From an uncultured bacterium (GTDB lineage Bacteria > Babelota > Babeliae > Babelales > Vermiphilaceae): 64,000 bases of DNA. The position numbers were made by a program, and so were the translations under genes. Below the pieces are notes generated by a model, which was given only the letters and a program-made list of their open reading frames with translations, was not told the origin of the DNA and did not search any database. The stretch's first letter is position 1; every line of letters starts with the position of its first letter. This document shows, piece after piece, positions 10,532 to 19,907 of the stretch. The stretch lies in the NCBI GenBank assembly GCA_963707655.1, contig OY970172.1:736001-800000 (forward strand). Direction: 5' to 3'.

Positions 10532-11191
10532 TTAACTAATAACGCATGAACTCCGTGGAACGAGCAAACTATCTTCATCTTCTCGACCATTTTCAACAGC
10601 ATGAGCCATTTGTTGTATACGCTGCTCAAGCGCAACAAACTCTCCTAAATCTGTAGCGTTGTTGTGTGCAAGATTGATCCTATACACATCGCCTTCCTTT
10701 AAAGCTTGGACAAGAGCTGAACGGTTCTGTGCAATGTGTGACAGCTCTTGACTTCTTATAGGGCGCAAAAAATCATATAAACGAAGCATTTGAAATTGAC
10801 TCTTATCTATCTCGCTTAAATTGTTGCGTAAATATTGCAGCCTTTCAAATCGTGACAAGCCCCATAGTTTTATCTGTACTGCCATTTGCTCATCACCATC
10901 AGCCATCCAACGCGCTATACTATTTATCCGAATTAATGTGTTATGCGCCTCTTCTAGCGAGGTTTCATATATTTGAGATGAGTCTCTATAATCATTATAA
11001 GCAAGACTCTTCTTCGTTAGCACTTCTTTTGCTTGCAATTTTCCCGCCATGAAAGCTTCTATTAATGAAATCAAGTTTCTCATGCCCGAATCTTCGACAG
11101 CATTCTGCTGAATTGCAGTTTTAGAACCGGTATCACTCATCCCATAAGCAGACAAACTCAATAGCAAGCTACACAATAAGATACTTTTCAT
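10532..11191 (-). CDS. Secreted hypothetical protein ending in a CaaX box (CVIS)
   Basis: Signal peptide AYG|MSD; last residues SSCVIS*. Confidence 0.8.
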   Translation of the reverse strand: MKSILLCSLLLSLSAYGMSDTGSKTAIQQNAVEDSGMRNLISLIEAFMAGKLQAKEVLTKKSLAYNDYRDSSQIYETSLEEAHNTLIRINSIARWMADGDEQMAVQIKLWGLSRFERLQYLRNNLSEIDKSQFQMLRLYDFLRPIRSQELSHIAQNRSALVQALKEGDVYRINLAHNNATDLGEFVALEQRIQQMAHAVENGREDEDSLLVPRSSCVIS

Positions 11192-11550
11192 TTTTTTCTT
11201 CCTACAGTGAAATATGGTGACAAAAATTATGACATACGCCCTATATTATACATTTATACGATCTTTACGCAAAATGCTTTGAGCAAAATACATAGCTGCT
11301 AGTGCGCATAATGGTCAATTCTTTGAGACTTAAAAGACCAAGCTTACTTTTGATGGATATAGTGCAACAACATTTTTCAGAATCCTTTATTTTTCTCTTA
11401 GCTTCCTTCTATAATCATAATGCAAAGGGTTATATAACGATCAATGCAAAAAAAGAAGCTTTGAAACAGTTCAGCCCGCATCATTTATGCATATTGATGA
11501 AGTGAATATTCTGTCATAACCTTTATGAGTATTACCCCTACAATCATGAA

Positions 11551-12141
11551 CTAAAATGCATAACCCAAGCTTGCGCCAAATGCAAATCCACCTATTTGCA
11601 TCCTGCCATTGCTGAATACATTTGCCATCTTTGGACAGACTCTTTTCTTTTCATACGAATATTCGCCGAAAATGCCGAGTGAGAAACAATCGGCGAGCAA
11701 CACATTAAAACCGGTATTGGCAAATAAGCCGATACCACTGCCTTTGATTACGCAGTCAACATACGGTGAATTGTTGTGTTGATGAAAGTGGAAGTAGCGT
11801 GGCCCTATTGCAAAGAAATAGTAAAAGCGTTCACAGAAATTTACTATGGGCCTTAAACCAATATCAACCGGTACTACAGCCAAGCTTGTTTTTTCGCAGG
11901 AGTTCAATGCATGGCCCCGTGCGTGGCGATAGCCGATGCTGCCATAAAGATCAAGATAATCACATAAAGGGAGCGATACACTCCCTTGAATTTCAAAGCC
12001 ACCATGATTGTAGATGTTCTTAAGCGGAGATGCAGAAAAGAAAAAGTAGCTTGGCTTTATTTCGAGCAACGGTGTCACATCGGACGCATACTGTGTCAAT
12101 GCGCACAGCAGCAGAGAAAGTCGGGCGATTTTTTTATACAT
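11551..12141 (-). CDS. Small outer-membrane beta-barrel (probably 8-stranded, OmpA/OmpW-like)
   Basis: Signal peptide, alternating hydrophobic and aromatic strands, C-terminal SLGYAF beta-signal; AAGGA RBS 7 nt before ATG 12141. Confidence 0.75.
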   Translation of the reverse strand: MYKKIARLSLLLCALTQYASDVTPLLEIKPSYFFFSASPLKNIYNHGGFEIQGSVSLPLCDYLDLYGSIGYRHARGHALNSCEKTSLAVVPVDIGLRPIVNFCERFYYFFAIGPRYFHFHQHNNSPYVDCVIKGSGIGLFANTGFNVLLADCFSLGIFGEYSYEKKRVCPKMANVFSNGRMQIGGFAFGASLGYAF

Positions 12142-12158
12142 ACTCATATCCTTTATTT

Positions 12159-14693
12159 TCACGGAACGGTGACGGTAACCGGTGCACTCATATTGCCATT
12201 GGCATCAAACGCAACTAACGAATATACTACCACAACGCCCGGTACCTGATTATGATCTTGGTACACGGACGTAGCGGCGCTTACCGTAGCGATTTGTAAG
12301 CCATCACGATACATAAGATAACCGGTCACTCCGGCTGATGAACTCGATGTCCATGTCAGCTGATTATAGAGTTCATATTCAAATCCAAAATTATTTTTCT
12401 TTTGCATACCCTGAAGATTTGATGGGGGTAAAATAGTTGGTGCAAAACCCAAGAAATCAAATTGCACAAACGTAGGGTTGCCGATCGGTAGATAAGAGAG
12501 CGAATAATTCGGAGTTGTTCCCGTAAAGGTTACGGAATCAAAGGTGCCGGTAATGGCAGAGGAAGTGAGAATGGTGTATGTTCCCGGAATGGCACTTGGA
12601 TCTAGGTCGATTTCCAAGGTGCCTGCTAAGGATGCAGGTCCGGTAACAGCGACTAAAGATGTGCCGCCGGAATCGATTTCGATATGGACAAGGCTTCCGA
12701 GGGTGCCCGTAACTGGATCTGCTGAATTGAGGGTCAAACTGCCAAGAGTGAGTGTTCCTCCCGCTATCTGGAGAGATCGTTCCGGAATTGACAAAGACAT
12801 TTCCGGTCAATGTCCCGGTCCCGCTCAACGTACCTCTTTGCGCGCTAAAGCCAATGTTTCTACAGACAAAAATCGATGCTGAATCGATTGATCCATTCAC
12901 TTTGAAATTCGCATTGTTGATCGTAATGTTCCCTTGATAATCAGTTGTTCCATTGTAAACAACAGTTCCATTTCCTTTGACAAAGACATTTGTTCCTCCT
13001 GCGCCGAAACTGGTGTCATCAATAAACGCGACTTGGTCTCCGAGTGTCAAAAGATCATTAGCATCGTTCGCCATGAATGTGAGAGAAGAACCTGCGCGCA
13101 GGAAAATACTATTTCCCAATGCTGATCCATCGGAGCCATCTGAACCACCACCGGAGACCGCCAGTTCCATGAGTTCCTGCTTGTGTTGTATTATTTGACT
13201 GTATTGAACGTGGTTGGAATCCCCGGAGAGTGCTTGTAGGGTGAAATTCAAACCGCTATCCACAAAGATAGCGCCTCCCAGACCGCTTCCGCCGCCACCA
13301 CCTCCGCCGCCAAAGCCTGATCCAACGGTAGCTGGCCCCAACTCCTCCAGATCCTCCACCCAGATTTCCTATATCAGTTCCACCTGAGGCAGTGGAGCCA
13401 TTAGAGGGTCCACCGCCTGCACCGCCACCGCCGCCAAGAGAATTACCACCTTCTGCAGGCGTAATACCAGATTGGTTGACTCCTCCGCCACCGCCCCCTC
13501 CGCCAACTCCTCCCGATCCACCTTGTACCGTATAAGCATATATCAGAAGCACCCGGTGCCAGCGCCACCGCCACCGCCCCCGCCATAGCCACCACTCCCA
13601 GCTTGTCCGTCAAATTCATTGCTAGAACCAGTTATGACGACTCCGCCGCCTCCGCCTCCTCCCCCATCTCCTCCATTGCCTCCGGAAGGCATAATGCACT
13701 ACCTCCTGGTGGTATAGATGCCTTGAGGCTGAGATCCATTCGATCCGGCGCTTCCACCACCGCCGCCGCCCGCATTACCGCCTCCGCTATCATCTCCACC
13801 GCCGCCGCCGCCCGCATTATTTCCTCCACTATTACCTCCTCCACCAGAACCAGCGGTAATTGAGAGACCATAACCATTTCCATCCTGTCCGCCATCTTGA
13901 TCCGAGCCTCCATTCCCCAGATTCGTGAGCGTTCCTATAGTGGCGCGAGATCCTAGGCCTCCGCCTCCGCCACCGCCGCCTCCACCGACTGTCGTCTGTC
14001 GAAAGAGTGACATCTCCACCATCTCCACCAAAACCCCTCCTCCAGCGCCTCCGGTGCTTCCGGTGGTTGTAATAGAACCTCCATTTCCGCTAAAGCCGCC
14101 GCCACCGCCACCCCCTCATTGCCTGTAAAGAGACCTAAATAACTTCCTCCATTTCCACCAACAGCAGAGCAATCGTTGATCGATACATTCATCAAGGTAA
14201 TTGAAGGATTTGAACCATTTAAAAAGGATTGAGGTGCGTAAATGGCCCCTCCGGCACCCATGCCACCGCCGCCGCCTGAAATTCCGTCTCCGCCATTGCC
14301 TCCTTTTGCGGTCAGGTTTTGAAAGATCATGTTTTGGATCGTCACATTCCCCATTGGGATAAAAAATCCGCTGTAAGCGCCGCTGTTACCGTCAATAGTG
14401 ACGGTAGGAGTAGAGCCTGGGTTGCCAATGGTGATATTCACAGGATTTGAGGAATTGTTAATAATCGGCAGAATTCCATTGAGTTGAATAGTCATCGGAG
14501 AGGCAAAAACAATCGCATAATCATCGGGTGTTGTGTTTAAACCTTGATTCATTGTATTCAAGCAATATCTCAGATCACCCACCTCTCCAATGCCACCCGG
14601 ATTATTATCTGAGCTTATTGTTACATTGAGCGTTGTTAAGGCACACAAAGAATGTGAAGTGAAAAGAAAAATCAAATATTTGAATTTGAACAT
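12159..14693 (-). CDS. Gly-rich autotransporter-passenger-like adhesin with a C-terminal FN3-like domain; multiple frameshifts (errors or pseudogene)
   Basis: Fragments in several frames join into: signal peptide, beta-helix (NVTIQN, GGAIY/GGAIF), poly-Gly tracts, a passenger-associated repeat (GNGTVVYNGTTDYQGNITIN), GTLSGTG, and an FN3-like end (PPSNL...LTW...GYLMYRDG...YSLVAFD). Confidence 0.7.
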
Positions 14694-14767
14694 GAGAAAC
14701 ACCTTTAATTATTTTTTAGCGTCAGGCAACTATCTTTTTAGCATCATAGTGTGTAAGAAAAAATTAT

Positions 14768-15642
14768 TCAATGCTTAAAATTTGGAAGAGAGGAAAATTC
14801 GTTTTTTTGAGGAATGTAGTTAGGTCTCATAGCGAATGCAATCGTTGCATAGCGAATTTTGCCACTTTGTGCGACAATGTGAGGAGTTGGGTAGATGGAA
14901 AATTCTGTGAGAAGCGCTCCGGGAATGAGTAAGATAGAATTTTGATCCTAACCGCGAGAAAACTTTCTGAGAGGAGAAGAAAAATCATCGACGGTGAATG
15001 ATGATTTATACGGAGAAAGAAGAAGTGATTCGTTGTCTGTGCTATCAAGAAACAGAGAAAACGCAGTTCCATCGTAATGAGGCCTTGATGGCACTGTAAG
15101 AGGGAAGATATTTGATTACCTTGAAAAGAATAGGGGGCTGTCCGTATTGAGAAGAAAAAATCGTTTCCAAACCTAACTCAGCTGCCGCCTCATCAAATAG
15201 ATCTCCGTATGGCTTTTGAATCTCAGAACAAGCTTCAAAAAAACGGATGATTTCAGGAACTGCGTTTAAATTCTGGGTAGTGAGAGCAAATAAATTCATG
15301 GAAATGGGTCGAATAATAGAAGGAGATCTGGCTTCTTCCTTCTCTTTCTGATTCGTCGTAGAAACCAAAAAAATCAGTGGAGTAGTAATTTCTATCTTTT
15401 GAGCGAATAAAACGTTCTTTTGCGCTATATAATTTTTGTGCCCAAACGGGATTTGTTTGAAGAAATTCGATGAGCTCATCAAAATATGCATAGAGAGAAT
15501 CAAACGTTGCCGTTCCATGATTCTTATCGCAAATTTCGACATACCCTGCTTGCTTGAATTGCTCTGCCAGAGGCATTGCACAAAGAGATTGAAATGCAAA
15601 CAGGAGAAAAATATAGAGGAACAAAGTCTTTCGAATAATCAT
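14768..15642 (-). pseudogene. Secreted 2OG-Fe(II) oxygenase, disrupted by two frameshifts and an in-frame TAG at 14948-14950
   Basis: Manual joining gives a signal peptide followed by KVIKY...PHYDG...IPGALL...PTPHIV...RYATIAF, i.e. the HxD...H...R signature. Confidence 0.65.
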
Positions 15643-15739
15643 GAAGGAATCGTATAATTTATTCTTCGAGGTTGTCAATTAATGCACATATTTTATGAAA
15701 ATTAAGTTGGCGCGTGAATGAAGACAACTAGCAGGAAGG

Positions 15740-16387
15740 TTATGCCATCCGGGCGAGCACCTCGTCGGTAGATAGTACCGCGTGAGCCAGATAGCGGTAG
15801 TTGATCAACGCCGCCTCGTAGCCATCGCCCCATTCCGGATGGCGAGGCCCGGCGATCGCATCCTTTACAACGGCAACTTCAAAACCTTGCTCAAGGAATT
15901 CACGCAGATGGGATTCCACGCACATGTTCGCTAACATCCCGGCTAGTATGATCTTACCGATTCCTCTCTTGCGCAGCTGCAGAATCAGGTCATTGGTCTG
16001 TGGACCAAACACCTTGTGTGGGCTAACAACGGTTGTCTTGCCATCTTGTATGTACGGCTTGAAACGATCTAGCCAGTCTGCGCCAGAATTTGAAAACCCC
16101 GTCAGATCGAGCGGTCCGACCCGTGCGAAAGTGTGCGTTTTCAACTCTACCTCTTCGAGCGGGCCATTAATCTTCCAGCCATGATCGGTGGGATAGAAGT
16201 AATGGGGTGAGATGAACAGTTCATAGTCATTCGATTTCGCGGACTTAAAAAGCCGCTCTAGATTCCCGATAATACCGTTCTGAATGACGCTGGCACCAAC
16301 CAAACCCCAACTCGTGCCCTTCTCGCTTAAAAAATCATTTTGTGGATCGATTACAACAACAGCAGTATCACGATTATTGAATTTCAT
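15740..16387 (-). CDS. Isochorismatase-family cysteine hydrolase
   Basis: VVIDPQNDF, K in SPHK, GMLANMCVESH, VVKDAIA. Confidence 0.88.
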   Translation of the reverse strand: MKFNNRDTAVVVIDPQNDFLSEKGTSWGLVGASVIQNGIIGNLERLFKSAKSNDYELFISPHYFYPTDHGWKINGPLEEVELKTHTFARVGPLDLTGFSNSGADWLDRFKPYIQDGKTTVVSPHKVFGPQTNDLILQLRKRGIGKIILAGMLANMCVESHLREFLEQGFEVAVVKDAIAGPRHPEWGDGYEAALINYRYLAHAVLSTDEVLARMA

Positions 16388-16490
16388 TCTTTGGGCTTCC
16401 CTTTTTTTTACTGATTTTACTGGAGTGTAATACCTCGTTGTCCCTGAGGTCAATATTTTTTTTTAGTGCAAAATAATAACTTCTTTTTTC

Positions 16491-16543
16491 GAAGTTTTAT
16501 AGATTCAAGAATTGGCTGTATGCATGCCGAGAAATTGATGAAG
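16491..16543. repeat. 53-bp direct repeat, copy 2
   Basis: 51/53 identical to 10364..10416. Confidence 0.95.
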
Positions 16544-16625
16544 GATAAGTGAGTGTTACTGTATCCAGCAGTGGACGACCATTGAGCAGCGAAGAAGAAT
16601 TTTTGCGTTTAAAGCGAACAATTTT

Positions 16626-17345
16626 TTATTTTTGGAAACGTTTTTTTACTTCTGTGATTTGCTCTTTATCACCAAAAACACACGCTAAGAATAATCTCTT
16701 ACTGGTGATGTTTGGTTCTGAATGAACGGCCGCGTTGTCACAATCGCCGACTAAAAAGAAAGCGCCTTCACCTTGTTTTGGGGATACACTCTTGGCAGGA
16801 TCCAGCTGCTTTGCCGCATGGATTCTTCCGGCTTTCTCATTCTCATTGCGCAGACCGTCAAGTACTATTTCCCGCTCTTCACTTGTTGCGGGGAAAAAAA
16901 GTGTGTGCGGGCCTTGGAATGTTGCAACAAATTTTGGAGGATTCTTATCATATGGTTTGTAATATCCACCGTCAATATGCCAGCGTGGTATGGCAAAGGA
17001 ATCATTTGGCTCCGACGCACGTAAAAAAATCATGACAGCTTCTTTGTTAACCATAGTTCCTGCGTATTGCACAATGCTGTTAATTACCATGCATGCTCGA
17101 GCAATATCCTCTTCCTTGGTATTGCCAAGTTCTCGCAAAAAGGGTGCTACATGCGCTTTGATCTCTTTGATTGAGCCATAATACTCAAACTGTGGAGCGT
17201 CTTTTATTTCTAATTGCTCCAGCACAGCTATATCTTCCGTGCTAATCGGTAATGGAACAAACACAAATGGTTGAGAAGCATCGGGAAGTCCGGCAAAGAG
17301 AGAAAAGTAAAAATTGCACAGTAATATAAGGATCATTTTTTTCAT
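16626..17345 (-). CDS. Secreted protein with a probable 2OG-Fe(II) oxygenase fold (DUF1826-like)
   Basis: Signal peptide; PRWHIDG, TFQGPHT, VHSEP and RLFL motifs. Confidence 0.65.
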   Translation of the reverse strand: MKKMILILLCNFYFSLFAGLPDASQPFVFVPLPISTEDIAVLEQLEIKDAPQFEYYGSIKEIKAHVAPFLRELGNTKEEDIARACMVINSIVQYAGTMVNKEAVMIFLRASEPNDSFAIPRWHIDGGYYKPYDKNPPKFVATFQGPHTLFFPATSEEREIVLDGLRNENEKAGRIHAAKQLDPAKSVSPKQGEGAFFLVGDCDNAAVHSEPNITSKRLFLACVFGDKEQITEVKKRFQK

Positions 17346-17559
17346 AAAAAAACTCACTATTCAAAAGATTGATAACACAATTTTTTAGCAAATGCTCTTC
17401 CGCATTGCGATTTTAAATACTTTGCAAATTATGCTCGTCTACTAAAAAATTATCCTAGGGATACCGATGCATGGCTAATTTTAGCGATGATAGAGTGTAC
17501 TCCTCCATTGGAAAATTTGAACGAATAAGGTTTTTTATAGACAAGCCTGAACTGCTGCC

Positions 17560-19272
17560 TCAAGCCCAAGGGGTTTCTTCTCTTTTTTTAAGTAACTTAA
17601 TCGCTGTATCACCTTTTTTATTAACGTGATGAACATTAATTCCTGGAGTGTTTAAAAGAAGCTCAACAATATTTTGGCTATTTACACAATCAGCATACTC
17701 TTTTTTGTCGCTTTCTCTATACAAGGTCTTTATAGACTGTATAGCATTTATAAGAGCTGTATCCCCTGAGTCATTAGCATAGTTGATGTTAATCCCTGGC
17801 GCTTGCAAAAGAGCTCGCACCGCATCAATATTATGGCGTCGTATAGCGTGCATGAGGGGAGTATCTTTATTCTCGCCTACATGATTAACATTCGTGTTCG
17901 CTTTTAAAAGAGCCTGTAAAATTTCTGTTCTCTCCTGCTCGGGACGATAACTGTAGCTATGATGGCTCATAACTTCAATAAGAGGAGTATTTCCAACCTC
18001 ATCTGCACGATTAACATCAGCACCTGCTTGTATAAGATCTTTCACCACGGCTGCACGGCCTTCTTGTGCGGCACGTATAAGAGCTGTTGCCTTGCGTTTA
18101 CCTGCACGATTAACATCAGCACCTGCCTTTATAAGTTCTCGCACCACGCCTGCATGACCTTCTGCGGCGGCCCGCATAAGAACTGTTTCACCGAGCCCAT
18201 TTACAGTATTAACATTAGCGCCTGCTTGTATAAGCTCGCGTACCACCTCTGCATGGCCTTTTTGCGCAGCAACCCGAAGAAGACAATTGATATCATCATT
18301 TTTATTTTTTGCCTTTATGAGCTCTCTTACAATACCTACATAACCACGCGAGGCAGCATAGTATGAAAGTGGGACCGTTTCATCCCTATCCCAGTCGCCA
18401 TCGTGCAGAGAGTAAGTAATTCCTTCATTAACATTAGCACCAGCAGCCACGAGAGCTTTGAAAACTTCAGTATAGCCACCTCTTGCAGCCTCTACAAGAG
18501 GAGTCCTACCAGATTTGTCTGCGATATTAACATCAGCACCCTCAGCTATAAGAAATTTAACAGTTTCCGTATGACCGCGAGCCGCAGCCTGGAAAAGAGC
18601 ACTACTCTTAGACCCCGATGCGGCACCCGCATCTATAAGAACTTTAACAGTTTCCGTATGACCGCGATCCGCAGCTTTTACAAGAGCAGCACTACACCCA
18701 GGCCGACTATTGATATGAGCACCCTCAGCTATAAGAATTTTAACAATGTCGGTATGGCCTTCTCCGCAAGCCGCTACAAGAGCACTATACTCGGACTCAA
18801 ACCCAGCATTAATATCAGCGCCTGCCTGTACAAGAGCTTTAACAATGTCTGCATGGCCTTTTCCGCAAGCCGCTACAAGAGCCGAAAAAGCGTTCTCAGG
18901 CTTATGATTAACATCAGCCCCTTTCTGTATAAGAACTTTAACAATGTCTGCATGGCCTGCATGTATAGCCTTTATAAGAGGAGTAAGACCTCTGTGATCT
19001 CCAGCATTAACATCAACGCCCGCAGCTATAAAAGCTTTGACCGTGTCGGTGTCGCCTCCCTTTAGAGCTTCAAGGAACTTATCATGGTCATGGGGATCTT
19101 TTGTTGAAGCAGATTGGGTAAGACCAGTAAAAAAATCGCTAATTGCGCTCGAGATATAACGAATAACAAGCCCAGGGCGATCTTCTACTGGAGCAGATGG
19201 AAACAAATATTCACCAAGCCAAATACAAAAAACAAAAAGTACAGCTACAAGAATCTTTTTGGATAACTTCAC
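17560..19272 (-). CDS. Ankyrin-repeat protein with an N-terminal signal/TM segment
   Basis: More than 12 repeats of about 33 aa (TPL/SAL..AA..GH...VK.LI..GADVN). Confidence 0.93.
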   Translation of the reverse strand: MKLSKKILVAVLFVFCIWLGEYLFPSAPVEDRPGLVIRYISSAISDFFTGLTQSASTKDPHDHDKFLEALKGGDTDTVKAFIAAGVDVNAGDHRGLTPLIKAIHAGHADIVKVLIQKGADVNHKPENAFSALVAACGKGHADIVKALVQAGADINAGFESEYSALVAACGEGHTDIVKILIAEGAHINSRPGCSAALVKAADRGHTETVKVLIDAGAASGSKSSALFQAAARGHTETVKFLIAEGADVNIADKSGRTPLVEAARGGYTEVFKALVAAGANVNEGITYSLHDGDWDRDETVPLSYYAASRGYVGIVRELIKAKNKNDDINCLLRVAAQKGHAEVVRELIQAGANVNTVNGLGETVLMRAAAEGHAGVVRELIKAGADVNRAGKRKATALIRAAQEGRAAVVKDLIQAGADVNRADEVGNTPLIEVMSHHSYSYRPEQERTEILQALLKANTNVNHVGENKDTPLMHAIRRHNIDAVRALLQAPGININYANDSGDTALINAIQSIKTLYRESDKKEYADCVNSQNIVELLLNTPGINVHHVNKKGDTAIKLLKKREETPWA

Positions 19273-19533
19273 GATAAAACCTCAATGAATAACGTTTTGA
19301 AAAACATGTCCAAGGCGGAGTCTATGGCCCTTTCCTAATCAGCTTCGTATGAGCTTTAGTAGGGCACCTCCCGTCACCAACATGCCAATCGGGGGGGCGG
19401 TATAGTGAAGGCCTTCCATTTGAATTAAATAGTAATACTTTAGTATACTTTTTATAGCTGAATGAGCAAATTTAGGGGCGCTTCAGGGCTATCTTGCGGA
19501 ACAAGGCGAGTCATATATCGTGTAGAAATGAAG

Positions 19534-19608
19534 TGGCGTCCCCAGGGAGAATCGAACTCCCATTACCGCCGTGAAAGGGCGGTGTCCTAACCGTTAGACG
19601 ATGGGGAC
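19534..19608 (-). tRNA. tRNA-Glu (TTC)
   Basis: GTCCCCATCGTCTAACGGTTAGGACACCGCCCTTTCACGGCGGTAATGGGAGTTCGATTCTCCCTGGGGACGCCA folds as a cloverleaf with encoded CCA. Confidence 0.97.
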
Positions 19609-19715
19609 GCGTATAGAATTGTATTGTGCCAGTCGCATGTCCGCCGAAGCGTTATGCGAAAACTGGCAGAGCCAGACGTAGTCTGCCAAGCCGGTAGGCC
19701 TGGATAGACGAAGAC

Positions 19716-19791
19716 TGGTGAGCCGCGTTGGAATCGAACCAACGACCCACAGCTTAAAAGGCTGTTGCTCTACCGACTGAGCTAGCGGCTC
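19716..19791 (-). tRNA. tRNA-Lys (TTT)
   Basis: GAGCCGCTAGCTCAGTCGGTAGAGCAACAGCCTTTTAAGCTGTGGGTCGTTGGTTCGATTCCAACGCGGCTCACCA. Confidence 0.97.
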
Positions 19792-19907
19792 ACACAAATT
19801 ATTAAAATTTCAAAAGAAAGAAATGAATTTTTTTGCAATTCACTACTAGAATGTATAAATTCATCATCTTTTTGTCAAGAAAAACAATATTTTATTATAT
19901 ATGTTCT

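Noticed and set aside
13603..14128. Short poly-Pro, poly-Ala and Glu/Val-rich ORFs
   Set aside because: Alternative-frame or antisense readings of the poly-Gly adhesin codons.
14948..14950. In-frame TAG as evidence of stop-codon recoding
   Set aside because: TAG terminates several ordinary genes here (for example at 38013, 42472 and 51790), and this gene also has frameshifts.
18403..19065. 220-aa + strand ORF with repeats
   Set aside because: Antisense shadow of the ankyrin-repeat gene; its periodicity mirrors the ankyrin repeats.
10364..19608. Prophage or integrative element at tRNA-Glu
   Set aside because: No integrase, phage or transposase genes, and I found no duplicated tRNA 3' end; only the 53-bp repeat is supported.
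19594..19797. 67-aa ORF
   Set aside because: It overlaps tRNA-Lys and the tRNA spacer and is spurious.
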